A program made the position numbers and the translations under genes. Below, in pieces: positions 46,519 through 55,648 of a stretch of 64,000 bases of DNA. The stretch lies in the sequence record PQ309151.1, one strand, 5' to 3'. The first letter of the stretch is position 1, and each line of letters begins with the position of its first letter. A model generated the notes under the pieces. That model did no database searches and was not told the DNA's origin. It saw nothing but the letters and a program-made list of their open reading frames with translations.

Positions 46519-47018
46519 ACTCGAATGACTCCTTCTCGAATCAGACTATGGAACCACTCATGGTAGAACATAGCCTCTTCCGGCGTGATGTCAGTCGGGA
46601 ATGTCGGAATCGCCCGATGGCGTTTCGACTGATCGCCGTACGGCAAAATGTCGCTCGTGCCCAATGGGATCGACGGTTTGAAACGGAAACGCGAAGGACC
46701 TTTCGGCGGCAACGGATACTTCTGAAGAATCTTGTCGTAAGCCGCCCGCTGAATTTCTGCGACCGTCAGCGACTTGCCTGTAGCTCTCGACTTATAGACG
46801 AAATGCCATACGCCGGTGTCCGGGTTCACTGCCGTACCAACCTGAATTTCTTCAGGGTTGATGTAGAATTGGTTCGAGATCCAGTCCGTGCCTGGTGCTC
46901 GAACTTGTATTTCGTCATCGTGCCAATAACCGCCATACTTCGGTTTTTCTTGCTTTGGCAACGGCTCATGACCGTTACGCTTAAACTGATTGACGTGGGC
47001 GAAATTAATCTTGCTCAT
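46515..47018 (-). CDS. Hypothetical protein
   Basis: 167 aa; AGGAAA RBS; coupled to its neighbours. Confidence 0.55.
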   Translation of the reverse strand: MSKINFAHVNQFKRNGHEPLPKQEKPKYGGYWHDDEIQVRAPGTDWISNQFYINPEEIQVGTAVNPDTGVWHFVYKSRATGKSLTVAEIQRAAYDKILQKYPLPPKGPSRFRFKPSIPLGTSDILPYGDQSKRHRAIPTFPTDITPEEAMFYHEWFHSLIREGVIRV

Positions 47019-47157
47019 TTCGTTTCCTGTATTCTTTCAGGACTTCGTTCTTAATGACATCTGTGATTGTTTCCCCGATACGACGCTGGGCTTCAGGTGT
47101 CACGTCAAGGCATTTCTCAAGGTCAACCTCGACCGATTCGTATTGTTCAGCAGCCAC
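47005..47157 (-). CDS. Small protein below the ORF-track cutoff (50 aa)
   Basis: GTG start with GAGGT RBS right after the sbcD stop; MAAEQYESVEVDLEKCLDVTPEAQRRIGETITDVIKNEVLKEYRKRNEQD; fills the gap and overlaps the next start. Confidence 0.55.
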   Translation of the reverse strand: MAAEQYESVEVDLEKCLDVTPEAQRRIGETITDVIKNEVLKEYRKRNEQD

Positions 47158-47164
47158 AGATACC

Positions 47165-48361
47165 TCACATAACGGATGCCATTAGTTCATCGAAGTACTG
47201 CTGCTCAGCATCATTGTTGAGCGTAATACCAAGACGTTCCATGACGATTGTTTTGATGTTTGACGAATCGATCGTGAAGGGCACGTAATCAGCTTCGTCG
47301 GTAGTTTCTAACACAGTCGTCGTATCGACTTCTTCTTCATCGATAACTTTCTTCGAGAAATGAAGGAAGGGATATATCGACTGATAAGACTCTATTCCAG
47401 CCAGAACCGGATGTCCGCGACGAGCAGCAATCCTAAGGTGATTATGAGGCCGCAGAGAATCGCAGGTGTCCATGACCTGCTTGTGCGCAGCATCAAGATC
47501 CTCATCAACCTCCACTGTCTTAAAGTCCATCGCATTTTCATTCACCTGAAACGTAGCAGTGTAGGAACCATCCCGGTTCACTACTGCATGGACGAAGCCC
47601 TTAGGCGTTTCCATTCCATGTCTCTGACGATCTGGAGAGCCCTGAATGATGATGCGACCTTCTCTACGGAACTCGTGATCGTGTCCAATAAAGATCAGGT
47701 AGCGAACGATATTCAGGTAAGCTTCCGAACTATGAAACCGTGAGTGACGACCCACGGGAACCTGAAATTCGAAAAAGCCATGCATGATTGCGAAGTCCAC
47801 TTTCTCAAGTGCGCGTGCTTCCATCATGTCCATGACTTGTCGGTACGTGATTTCGTCCGACGTATTCTTTTCATCGGGAATACAGAGAAGATGAATGTCA
47901 TACTTCTCGATATACTCGATTGTTACTTCCTTCACATAACGCAGTTCGCACTTGTCTTGAGGATCAGCCGCATCATTGATAGCGACGAACAGATGCGATT
48001 GCAGTCGGTCATGCGAAGGCGTACCTTCCAACACAACGACCGTGGTACCCGTCCTTGCGCAACGGGCAAGTAAACGACGGATCCACGATACGATAAACGG
48101 AACATCCCGATGGTTAACCGGGAGACCTCGATCGAAGACGTCACCGACGATAAAGAGAATGTTAATTCCCTTCAAGAAGTCGTATGTCAACATCGAATCG
48201 AGGCCCTTGACCATGAACTCGGCCGGATTGGACGGGCATCCCAGATGGATATCCGAGATGCTCGCAACCTTAATCTGTGTCCAGTTCGTAGTCGCCGACG
48301 TCTGCAGCGTTTGCACCGCTGCTTCCACCGAGGTCGATAGCTTTGTCTTTGTTGGGGTCAT
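47165..48361 (-). CDS. sbcD: SbcD/Mre11-family metallophosphoesterase nuclease
   Basis: SDIHLG, VGDVFD, EGTPSHD, IMHG and IGHDH motifs. Confidence 0.9.
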   Translation of the reverse strand: MTPTKTKLSTSVEAAVQTLQTSATTNWTQIKVASISDIHLGCPSNPAEFMVKGLDSMLTYDFLKGINILFIVGDVFDRGLPVNHRDVPFIVSWIRRLLARCARTGTTVVVLEGTPSHDRLQSHLFVAINDAADPQDKCELRYVKEVTIEYIEKYDIHLLCIPDEKNTSDEITYRQVMDMMEARALEKVDFAIMHGFFEFQVPVGRHSRFHSSEAYLNIVRYLIFIGHDHEFRREGRIIIQGSPDRQRHGMETPKGFVHAVVNRDGSYTATFQVNENAMDFKTVEVDEDLDAAHKQVMDTCDSLRPHNHLRIAARRGHPVLAGIESYQSIYPFLHFSKKVIDEEEVDTTTVLETTDEADYVPFTIDSSNIKTIVMERLGITLNNDAEQQYFDELMASVM

Positions 48362-48986
48362 TGTCGAGCATATTCCCGAGATTCAGGATCTTGTCGTGCT
48401 TGCCATAGCGCTCGAAGATCGCATTCCAGATACGCATGTTCGCGTAGACTTGCTCAGTCGGCTTGTCCTTGATGTGCAGACCCTGGAGCTTCTTGCTCAG
48501 GAAATGCTGGGAGCCGGCTGCGTCAAATTCCTTCAGACGCGAGTAGTGGCGTTCGATCAACGTCATCGATTCGCCGCCCGGTTTCGACTGTTCGAGAACC
48601 GACGTATCGAAAAGCGGAGGTACCGTGAAGAGAACAGCACCATCTTCAGCGATGATGTCGACCGAAACCTTCTCACCACCTGCAACCTTTTCGAGCCAGG
48701 TGCGATAGTTCACTTCGGCGGTCGGCTGGACTTCACCTGCGAAGAGCGGAAGGAAGTGCTCGATGAAGAGCGTTTCCGGGAACTGCGCGTTCTGCTCGAT
48801 TTGCGTGAGCGAGTTCGCGATGCCACGAATGTCGATGCCGATACCCATGCGACGTTGCTTCTGGAAGGTGGCAAAAACATCCATTGCCGCTTTCTGACGC
48901 GGATGCGGTTGAGCGACGTCCGTGGGCGTTTCGGGTTCGCGGGAGACCGTACGGTCCAGTTTATTGTCGAGTTCGCGTTGGTTCAT
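48270..48986 (-). CDS. Conserved core protein of unknown function
   Basis: 238 aa; PETLFIEHFLPLF and VLFTVPPL motifs recalled from phiKZ-like phages. Confidence 0.6.
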   Translation of the reverse strand: MNQRELDNKLDRTVSREPETPTDVAQPHPRQKAAMDVFATFQKQRRMGIGIDIRGIANSLTQIEQNAQFPETLFIEHFLPLFAGEVQPTAEVNYRTWLEKVAGGEKVSVDIIAEDGAVLFTVPPLFDTSVLEQSKPGGESMTLIERHYSRLKEFDAAGSQHFLSKKLQGLHIKDKPTEQVYANMRIWNAIFERYGKHDKILNLGNMLDNDPNKDKAIDLGGSSGANAADVGDYELDTD

Positions 48987-49399
48987 GTTGGGCTTCCTGT
49001 TGCATCGACGTTATAGATGCGCTGGACTTGAGTGCCCAGCAGGTCAATAGCTCGACCTAGATCATGGCGAATGCCCTGATCATCGGTGAAGCTACAACCT
49101 ATTGTTACCGTCAATGAAGTATTATCGTTCGGGTCAGTTTGACTCACGCTGCAGTCCATTTGCACATTGGAAAACTGCGTGGAGAAGTAATTGCCAAGAT
49201 ACTGATTCAGGTTGGACTGAAGTTCCCCATCCGAACCGGAATCTGCGAGAAGTGACTGATACGACGTCACATTCAGTTTGTCTTTATAGAAATGCGTCTG
49301 GCTCTTCTGCGTAGCGAAGAAGTGTGCCAGCATGTAGTCAGCTTTTTCGAGCGGATTCGAGACGAAACCACTGGGTGAGTAGGTCGGAAGCAAAGCCAT
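48983..49399 (-). CDS. Conserved small protein, possibly gp25-like baseplate fold
   Basis: 138 aa; GFV..PLEKADY.L.HFF motif; helix-then-three-strand C-terminus. Confidence 0.45.
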   Translation of the reverse strand: MALLPTYSPSGFVSNPLEKADYMLAHFFATQKSQTHFYKDKLNVTSYQSLLADSGSDGELQSNLNQYLGNYFSTQFSNVQMDCSVSQTDPNDNTSLTVTIGCSFTDDQGIRHDLGRAIDLLGTQVQRIYNVDATGSPT

Positions 49400-49424
49400 T
49401 TTCAGATCCAGAAAGCAAAAAAAA

Positions 49425-49450
49425 ATATGACCAGGTTTCCCTGGTCATAT
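49425..49450 (-). terminator. GAAA-loop terminator
   Basis: ATATGACCAGG-TTTC-CCTGGTCATAT with a T-tract on the minus strand. Confidence 0.7.
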
Positions 49451-49457
49451 CCGAACA

Positions 49458-50120
49458 TTACATGTTCTCGTTCAACACCGAAGACGGATCTTTCTTCTTC
49501 GCCTGGTACATTGCTTCAAGCACGTCCCAAGTCGAATGAATGTCGCCTTGCTCGATTACGTCCAGATCCCGTTCATCATCCACGGGAGCGTTCATATCCG
49601 AATACAAGACGAATGCGTCCTCGCCTTCACCGAGGCGATTGAAGTCATTCTTGATGCCGTGACGATCTTCCGTCCATACGACACCATCAATGACGCGCAT
49701 AAAGTCCGGGTCGTCGAACCCACGACGCTCAGGATGGGCTGTGCGATAGCTGTCCGACCATCCATCGATTGCCTGTTGTTCATACAGGATTCTCGACATG
49801 ATGTTAGCCATGAGATAACGTTGCATCACAGGCTTTGCATTCTGGATGGACTCGATCGTGTACAACGGTCGGATCACATCCTTACGCATCGGGTCAGCAG
49901 ACTGACGAACACGCGACCGAATGCGTCGCAATGCTCGCTCGCCATTATACCGCTCATACGCATCGCGCGAATCCTCAAAGAACCCATTGAAGAGTTCACT
50001 GATTCTCGGCGCATAGCGCTCCACTCGATCCCTCAGATAACTGAGAGTTCCCTGATGGGGTTCTCCAAACAATTCGGCGTCGATATCCTCTTCACTGATA
50101 TAACCGCCTCTGATTCCCAT
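49458..50120 (-). CDS. Conserved nucleus-block protein (phiKZ gp59-like by synteny)
   Basis: 220 aa; stop/start overlap with the beta' gene; YEQQAIDGWSDSY motif. Confidence 0.55.
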   Translation of the reverse strand: MGIRGGYISEEDIDAELFGEPHQGTLSYLRDRVERYAPRISELFNGFFEDSRDAYERYNGERALRRIRSRVRQSADPMRKDVIRPLYTIESIQNAKPVMQRYLMANIMSRILYEQQAIDGWSDSYRTAHPERRGFDDPDFMRVIDGVVWTEDRHGIKNDFNRLGEGEDAFVLYSDMNAPVDDERDLDVIEQGDIHSTWDVLEAMYQAKKKDPSSVLNENM

Positions 50121-51745
50121 TAGTGCAGTGTCCTTGTATTAAACATTTCGTGCATCCGCGCCAGCTTAGCTGGGTCGGGTCTGCGAGCTTGCTCGCTGTA
50201 GTTGTACAGATGGTTCACCACCGACGACACGATCGGCTTAGGCAACGGCATGTTGTCGCCAATCTTGCGCGGGCCGGACAGTTTCCACGCACCGAAGTGC
50301 GGAGCCAGATAACGGAGTTCGTCCGTCGTCCAGTTGTCCATAGTCAGGAAGCCGAACATCTGATCGCCATCGAAGTCCGCGTTCGGGCCAGCAACCGAGA
50401 TGATCGGATAACTGATCGACATGATCTTCGGATTGGTCTTGATCTTGGTCACGAACATCCGCTGGATCGAGGTACGATACATGGACGGATTGCGACCGAA
50501 GATAACAGGAATGCCGCGTTTCGGTTTCATCGCAGCTGCTGCGATTTCATCGATTGCAACACCTTGCATCTGACCATCAACGATCGACGCTTGAATCGTC
50601 GGAGACAATTCGTACGGCGACTCATCCAGAAGCTCGTCGAAGAGTTCTTCAAGCAGCGGATGATAGACGTGCGTATGCGCATTCAAGAAGTACGCTGCGT
50701 CGTTGTGGCCGAAACCACGTCGGAACAGCTTACCCATCAGGTGCAGACGGAACGTCGTGACTGCCAATGCCCACGGCAGGTGAATCTCATCGTGATGATG
50801 CGGCTCCGTGAGCGAATTGATAACCGCCCGGAAGCTGAACCAGCAGCGAGTTGCATAAACGTGTTTCCGTACCAAACCAGGCTTGCCGGCGATGAAGTTC
50901 TTTTCGTAGTCCCGTCCAAATTCGGACAGTGCTTCGGAAAGCTTGGACGCACGGTTTTCCTTTTGGGCAACCGTAAAGTCCTTGATCTCGCTGTCGATGC
51001 CGGAGATGTTCCGGACCGCATCGATAATCGTCTTCAGCGTGGTGTCCATGTAAGTACCGAACTTGGTGTTCTCGATCACCAGGATGGTCTTGTTGTGGAC
51101 TGGTACGTGTTGTGAGAAGATGCGATCGCGATACATTGCGATGAAGATCTGCATCTCCCTGAGTTTCTCCTTCTTGTCCCTCGTGGAACTGAATTGTGGA
51201 AATTCACAAAGTTGACCGATGATCCAGTCGAAGTTGTGATAGAAGAAGTTCAGCCCGCGTTCGATCCTGCGGTTTTCCAGTTCGTCCATCCATCGACCAT
51301 GATGTACACGATTGGGACGATAGTCCGTATTCGTGAGATACTTGATGATGTTGAACTTCTGGTTGCTGTTGTTCGAGAGACTGAAGAAGTCCGAGAGCAG
51401 TCGCCACGCCTGAGGATTAATCAGTGCATCGACGCCTCGTGGCGCTTCAACCCAGATGATGGGCTCAAGCGGTTTGTCCAGCACAGGCTGAACCATTTGC
51501 TTGCATTTTCGACAGATGGTCCCCTTACCGTTTCTGTCTACATGATGCTGACCGAACGTATGCCCACACGAACATTTCGGGATCGTATCGAGCAGGTCCG
51601 TATCGTTGTACGTCACGAAGAAGTTTTCGTCGAATGTTGACTTCTCCGTTTCAAGCGTGTCCAGTACCTTATTGACGATGATGGGGTCTGTTGTTATCTG
51701 CGAGAATAACTCGTCATAGTTCTGCATTTCCAAATGTGTGCCCAT
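50120..51745 (-). CDS. rpoC: Non-virion RNA polymerase beta' N-terminal/catalytic subunit (phiKZ gp55-like), uninterrupted
   Basis: Catalytic NADFDGD; Zn finger CSCG...CRKC; GKPGLVRKHVYATR; GRNPSM. Confidence 0.95.
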   Translation of the reverse strand: MGTHLEMQNYDELFSQITTDPIIVNKVLDTLETEKSTFDENFFVTYNDTDLLDTIPKCSCGHTFGQHHVDRNGKGTICRKCKQMVQPVLDKPLEPIIWVEAPRGVDALINPQAWRLLSDFFSLSNNSNQKFNIIKYLTNTDYRPNRVHHGRWMDELENRRIERGLNFFYHNFDWIIGQLCEFPQFSSTRDKKEKLREMQIFIAMYRDRIFSQHVPVHNKTILVIENTKFGTYMDTTLKTIIDAVRNISGIDSEIKDFTVAQKENRASKLSEALSEFGRDYEKNFIAGKPGLVRKHVYATRCWFSFRAVINSLTEPHHHDEIHLPWALAVTTFRLHLMGKLFRRGFGHNDAAYFLNAHTHVYHPLLEELFDELLDESPYELSPTIQASIVDGQMQGVAIDEIAAAAMKPKRGIPVIFGRNPSMYRTSIQRMFVTKIKTNPKIMSISYPIISVAGPNADFDGDQMFGFLTMDNWTTDELRYLAPHFGAWKLSGPRKIGDNMPLPKPIVSSVVNHLYNYSEQARRPDPAKLARMHEMFNTRTLH

Positions 51746-51798
51746 CCAACCTCCTTCAAAGCACGATTGTAAAAGTGTTTCTGCAGCAGTTCATACCT

Positions 51799-51822
51799 AT
51801 GATATATTGGCATGATTTTTTA
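51799..51822 (-). promoter_or_regulatory. Early-type promoter-like motif upstream of the nvRNAP beta' gene
   Basis: Minus strand AAAAAATCATGCCAATATATCAT. Confidence 0.45.
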
Positions 51823-51908
51823 CATATAAGGCTATGTATATAAAAAAACATAACAACATACCAAAAGAAAAATCCGCAACTAAAGCAGGATCTTTCTCTT
51901 CCCGTCCA

Positions 51909-52181
51909 TTAGAGGACAGGTGCCAACTGGTGATCATTGCTGCAGTTGACCGTTCTGTAAATTGCTGCTTGTGTTGCATTGAGTTCTCGTAGCTTGCGTT
52001 TTGCATAGTCGTTTTCGACCATGAAGAGCGCTGTTCCAATTTCAACGATCGGTAAATCAGGAAACTGGATGACCGTTGCCACCGTTGCTTCTCGAACTGT
52101 CTTACCTGCATCACGCTCCCTGTAATAAGCATCGCGAATGTTACCGAAAGCAGCGAGAGCGGAACTTCTTATGTTATTCAT
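51909..52181 (-). CDS. Small orphan protein between chmA and beta'
   Basis: ~90 aa from ATG 52181 (MNNIRSS...); AT-richer than its neighbours. Confidence 0.45.
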   Translation of the reverse strand: MNNIRSSALAAFGNIRDAYYRERDAGKTVREATVATVIQFPDLPIVEIGTALFMVENDYAKRKLRELNATQAAIYRTVNCSNDHQLAPVL

Positions 52182-52202
52182 CTCTGTTCTCAAGTTGACG
52201 GC

Positions 52203-52243
52203 AAAAAAGAAAATAGAGAGATCCCCGAAGGGATCTCTCTATT
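52203..52243 (-). terminator. chmA terminator (UUCG loop plus U-tract)
   Basis: AATAGAGAGATCCC-CGAA-GGGATCTCTCTATT followed by TTCTTTTTT on the minus strand. Confidence 0.8.
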
Positions 52244-52273
52244 AGTGGATTACTACTGGCTTACGCCGGCAGC

Positions 52274-54220
52274 TTACCAGCGGTTGTCGTTGCGATCCGC
52301 ACGATCGAAGTAACGATCGTCGTAACGGTCACGCGACTGACGCTGATTGCGATACAGACCACCGCTACCCGGACGGGCCAGGATCGTATCGATGTTGCCA
52401 TACGTGGTGCGATAGCGATCGCTGCCATCGCGGCTCGACGAGGTCGGGTTGAGCGACAGCTTGCAACGGCTGATTGCTTCGATCAGCGCTTCGTCGAAAC
52501 GGGTATCCCAGTTGTAACGCTGGAAGAAGCCCGTGATGACGGCGGTCGGCACGAAGTCACGGATGATTTCGTAGCGTTCCGATTGCGACAGCGTGTTGTC
52601 GTCGTTCGACGCAGCAGCCATGCCCCACTTCTGGATCAGAAGCAGGTCGTCTTCCTTTTCCGGACGCAGCATGTTCAGCAGCGCCAGATAGTCGAAGTCG
52701 CGCAGGTCGAGGCGCATGCCGCGATCGCCTTCCGTGTAGTAACCGCCATGGATCCGCTCGACGTGGCTGTCAAGGATCGGTTCCGTACGGTCGTACAGGT
52801 CTTCGAAGTGACCATCGGTCAGCACGCAGCACGCATCATAGATGCGGTCCATTGCCTTCTGGCTGCCTTGTGCAGCTGCCATCAGGTCAACGTGCTGCCA
52901 CGTGGACGAACCGCATTCCGGCACGTCGATCGAGTGGATCACACCCGGACGCACAGTGGTGCGGATCAGAGCTTGACGCTTCGCAGCGGTGAAGCTCGCG
53001 TTCTTCGTTTCCCAGCGCTCGCCGAAGCCGCGTTCCAGATCCTGGAGGTTGGGTTCGATGGCCAGCGCGCCGATGTTGCGCATGTCGTCTTCACCGACCG
53101 AGAGGTTCGGTTCGAAGGCACGCATGATCTCGGCCGACTCACCAACTGCATGAGCCGTGGCGTGAGCCAGCATCATGGTCGTCGGCGAGAAGTCGACGGT
53201 GTCGGTGAACGTGTTGATGAAGCGCAGTGCATACAGCTGGCACTCTTCGCTACGGCGATCGCCACGACGAGCGTAGAGATCGTTGCGGCTCGATGCGCCG
53301 TCCGCCGGAGCGTAGACGAAATCGAAGTAGCCGCCGACGCGGGAGATGCGGGTGCCCGTCACCAGCTGGTCGATCGGATCACGGCTGTTGCGGCCACGGT
53401 TTTCGCGGGACACCAGGTCGATGATCATGTCGGCACGGACCGGCAGATGGCCACGATCGTAGATGTGGTTCTGACGATGCTGGATGTGCACCGAGTTGTA
53501 GCTGTCGTCGTCGGCCGACAGACGCAGTTGCGGAGCGTCCGGGTCGTTGCGATCGATTGCCGTCTTGATGGCAGCGAACGAGTTCTTCACGCAATCGGCG
53601 ATTGCTTGCGGATCGTCCTTGGCCGTCGGGAAGCCACCATAGATGACTTCGGCATCTGCCGTGAACAGGTTCTCGCCCGGATACGCGTTGGCCAGAACTT
53701 CCTTGACCACGTCGCGAACCTTCGAGTCGTAGCCGTCGCCCGGCACTTGAACGACCGTCACGCGATTGCTGCGATAGCTTTCTTCACGCGGACGCAGCTC
53801 TTCGGCCGAACCGGCGAGCAGGAACGTGTGATAGCCGACGCCCAGCTTTTCCTTGCCACGCTTCTTGCCCGCGACGACGATGCAGGAGAACGGGATGCCG
53901 GCGACCGATGCATCGATCGGGAACAGCTGGCAGTCGAGCATGTTGTTGTCGGTCTTGGCCGGCATGGCTTCCACGAAGTCACGACGGAAGACTTCCAGCG
54001 CTTCGGCCGTACCCGTCATTGCGATGGGGGTCGGGTTCATGCGGCCGATGTTGCTCAGCGATGCGTAGCGTGCGCCGCCGGATTCACGGCTTTCTGCACG
54101 ACGCGACTGGCGTTCTTCTTGTGCTTGCTGATCTTGCTCGCGACGATCGCCACCCTTCTCTTGCGCACGGCGCATTGCGTCACGGACTTGCGATTGCTGA
54201 TCTTTGCCTTCGATGCTCAT
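52274..54220 (-). CDS. chmA: Chimallin, major phage nuclear shell protein
   Basis: 648 aa; immediately upstream of the NADFDGD subunit, as for phiKZ gp54; very strong codon bias; strong early promoter; disordered termini. Confidence 0.85.
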   Translation of the reverse strand: MSIEGKDQQSQVRDAMRRAQEKGGDRREQDQQAQEERQSRRAESRESGGARYASLSNIGRMNPTPIAMTGTAEALEVFRRDFVEAMPAKTDNNMLDCQLFPIDASVAGIPFSCIVVAGKKRGKEKLGVGYHTFLLAGSAEELRPREESYRSNRVTVVQVPGDGYDSKVRDVVKEVLANAYPGENLFTADAEVIYGGFPTAKDDPQAIADCVKNSFAAIKTAIDRNDPDAPQLRLSADDDSYNSVHIQHRQNHIYDRGHLPVRADMIIDLVSRENRGRNSRDPIDQLVTGTRISRVGGYFDFVYAPADGASSRNDLYARRGDRRSEECQLYALRFINTFTDTVDFSPTTMMLAHATAHAVGESAEIMRAFEPNLSVGEDDMRNIGALAIEPNLQDLERGFGERWETKNASFTAAKRQALIRTTVRPGVIHSIDVPECGSSTWQHVDLMAAAQGSQKAMDRIYDACCVLTDGHFEDLYDRTEPILDSHVERIHGGYYTEGDRGMRLDLRDFDYLALLNMLRPEKEDDLLLIQKWGMAAASNDDNTLSQSERYEIIRDFVPTAVITGFFQRYNWDTRFDEALIEAISRCKLSLNPTSSSRDGSDRYRTTYGNIDTILARPGSGGLYRNQRQSRDRYDDRYFDRADRNDNRW

Positions 54221-54324
54221 GATTGCTCTTTTCCTGTTTTGGAATAAATGAAAAGTAGGTACGCGTACCAGAATTAGTCACGTACGATAAAGAATTGATC
54301 GCATTACTAACGCAGATCAACTTT

Positions 54325-54351
54325 GTAATATATCAATGAAATTTGTTTAAA
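54325..54351 (-). promoter_or_regulatory. Early phage promoter for chmA
   Basis: Minus strand TTTAAACAAATTTCATTGATATATTAC; contains TATATTAC, the recalled phiKZ early promoter core. Confidence 0.75.
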
Positions 54352-54522
54352 TCGCACGATATACCACAACACGCGAACATAGGTGCTACAACACGCAGAT
54401 GGTTTCATCTGCACAGTATAGGGGAAAAACAATAAAGTTTTATATACCTGTACTTTCACCGCGACGCATGTTCATGCTATGACCACGATTGCTAGAAAAT
54501 TATCTTCCATGGATGTGATTGC

Positions 54523-55602
54523 ATGCTCAGCATCTTCAACGACCTTCAACCCAGAGTGAAAGGTATCATCAGCTTCCCTGAATGGACATTCATTCGTGAT
54601 GGCTTGATGATGAACCTGGATCACACAAACAAGTACTATCGCAGCAGTGCTTATGCGGTAGGTTCTGATCACGAACTGGTGAAACTGTTGTTCGGTTTGA
54701 CTACCAGTACGGAAGAAGATCTGAACACCTATTACAAACGCGTCGATGCCAAAGCGTTGACGGTTGCTCAACAATTGGGATTCACGACCTCTATCAGTAA
54801 GGGACACATGTTCAACAATGTGTTCTTCTCGGGTAAGAGCCGCGAAGTCATCATCGTTCATAACGAAGACTTCGATCCCCAGGAAGTTACGGAGAACTGG
54901 AGAGATGCTCGTCCGATTCAAATCCTGCGTCATGGCTTTGACTTCATCGATTGTTTTCCTATGCAAGGCCAGCTGGAAAGCAATGGAGTCTCAGTCTTCG
55001 CGATCAATCTGTCCATGCTCGGCGTGCAGTATCGAGCGTATCGCCAGTGGCAGAAAACGTTCGTAACGGAAGAGACGGGTCGAGCTTCGGTCTACTCTTT
55101 TCTGTTCAACTATCCGCTGAACAATCTGATTTACGATGCGATGGATCATGCGGTGTTTAACCGTCTGGTTCGACTGAGTCAGAATCTGCCCACGAGCGAT
55201 AATCAGTATCGTCATCCGTTCCATGTGACGAACTTCGTGGGACGAGTGGATCGAATCCTGGGTAAGGTTCTCGATGTACTGAACAACAACCCACTCGACT
55301 TTTACAACATCTGCGCCACGATCCCTCTCATCAATAGCGGCAGTCTGTTGAATCTGTTGAGACTTCCGGACCTCTATGAATCGCGGCAAATCAACTGGGC
55401 TATTTACATGGCTCGGATCGATATGCTCCTGTTCCTCTTGAGCTTCGAGAACAATCTGAAGATGATGAACCAGAGCGAACTGAGCAAGATTAAGTACGAA
55501 CTGAAGCTGTACCTGAAAGACGGTACGATTCAGTCTGCCGTGCCTCGCGATCTGTACGGTAAGCAAAAGCTCGTCATCGAACGACTCGTTGAAAAGATGT
55601 AA
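54523..55602 (+). CDS. Conserved virion-associated protein (phiKZ gp52-like by synteny)
   Basis: 359 aa, divergent from chmA; YYR...AV...H.LVKLL pattern. Confidence 0.55.
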   Translation: MLSIFNDLQPRVKGIISFPEWTFIRDGLMMNLDHTNKYYRSSAYAVGSDHELVKLLFGLTTSTEEDLNTYYKRVDAKALTVAQQLGFTTSISKGHMFNNVFFSGKSREVIIVHNEDFDPQEVTENWRDARPIQILRHGFDFIDCFPMQGQLESNGVSVFAINLSMLGVQYRAYRQWQKTFVTEETGRASVYSFLFNYPLNNLIYDAMDHAVFNRLVRLSQNLPTSDNQYRHPFHVTNFVGRVDRILGKVLDVLNNNPLDFYNICATIPLINSGSLLNLLRLPDLYESRQINWAIYMARIDMLLFLLSFENNLKMMNQSELSKIKYELKLYLKDGTIQSAVPRDLYGKQKLVIERLVEKM

Positions 55603-55604
55603 TT

Positions 55605-55643
55605 CATACACTACCATCCCTTGCGGGATGGTAGTGTATTTTT
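55605..55643. terminator. Hairpin between convergent genes (GCAA loop on minus strand, TATG)
   Basis: ATACACTACCATCCC-TTGC-GGGATGGTAGTGTAT, 15 bp. Confidence 0.7.
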
Positions 55644-55648
55644 GCTGT

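Noticed and set aside
35054-51745. Introns, homing endonucleases or inteins in RNAP genes (known in some phiKZ-like phages)
   Set aside because: All nvRNAP ORFs are continuous and near the expected size; no LAGLIDADG, HNH or intein motifs were seen
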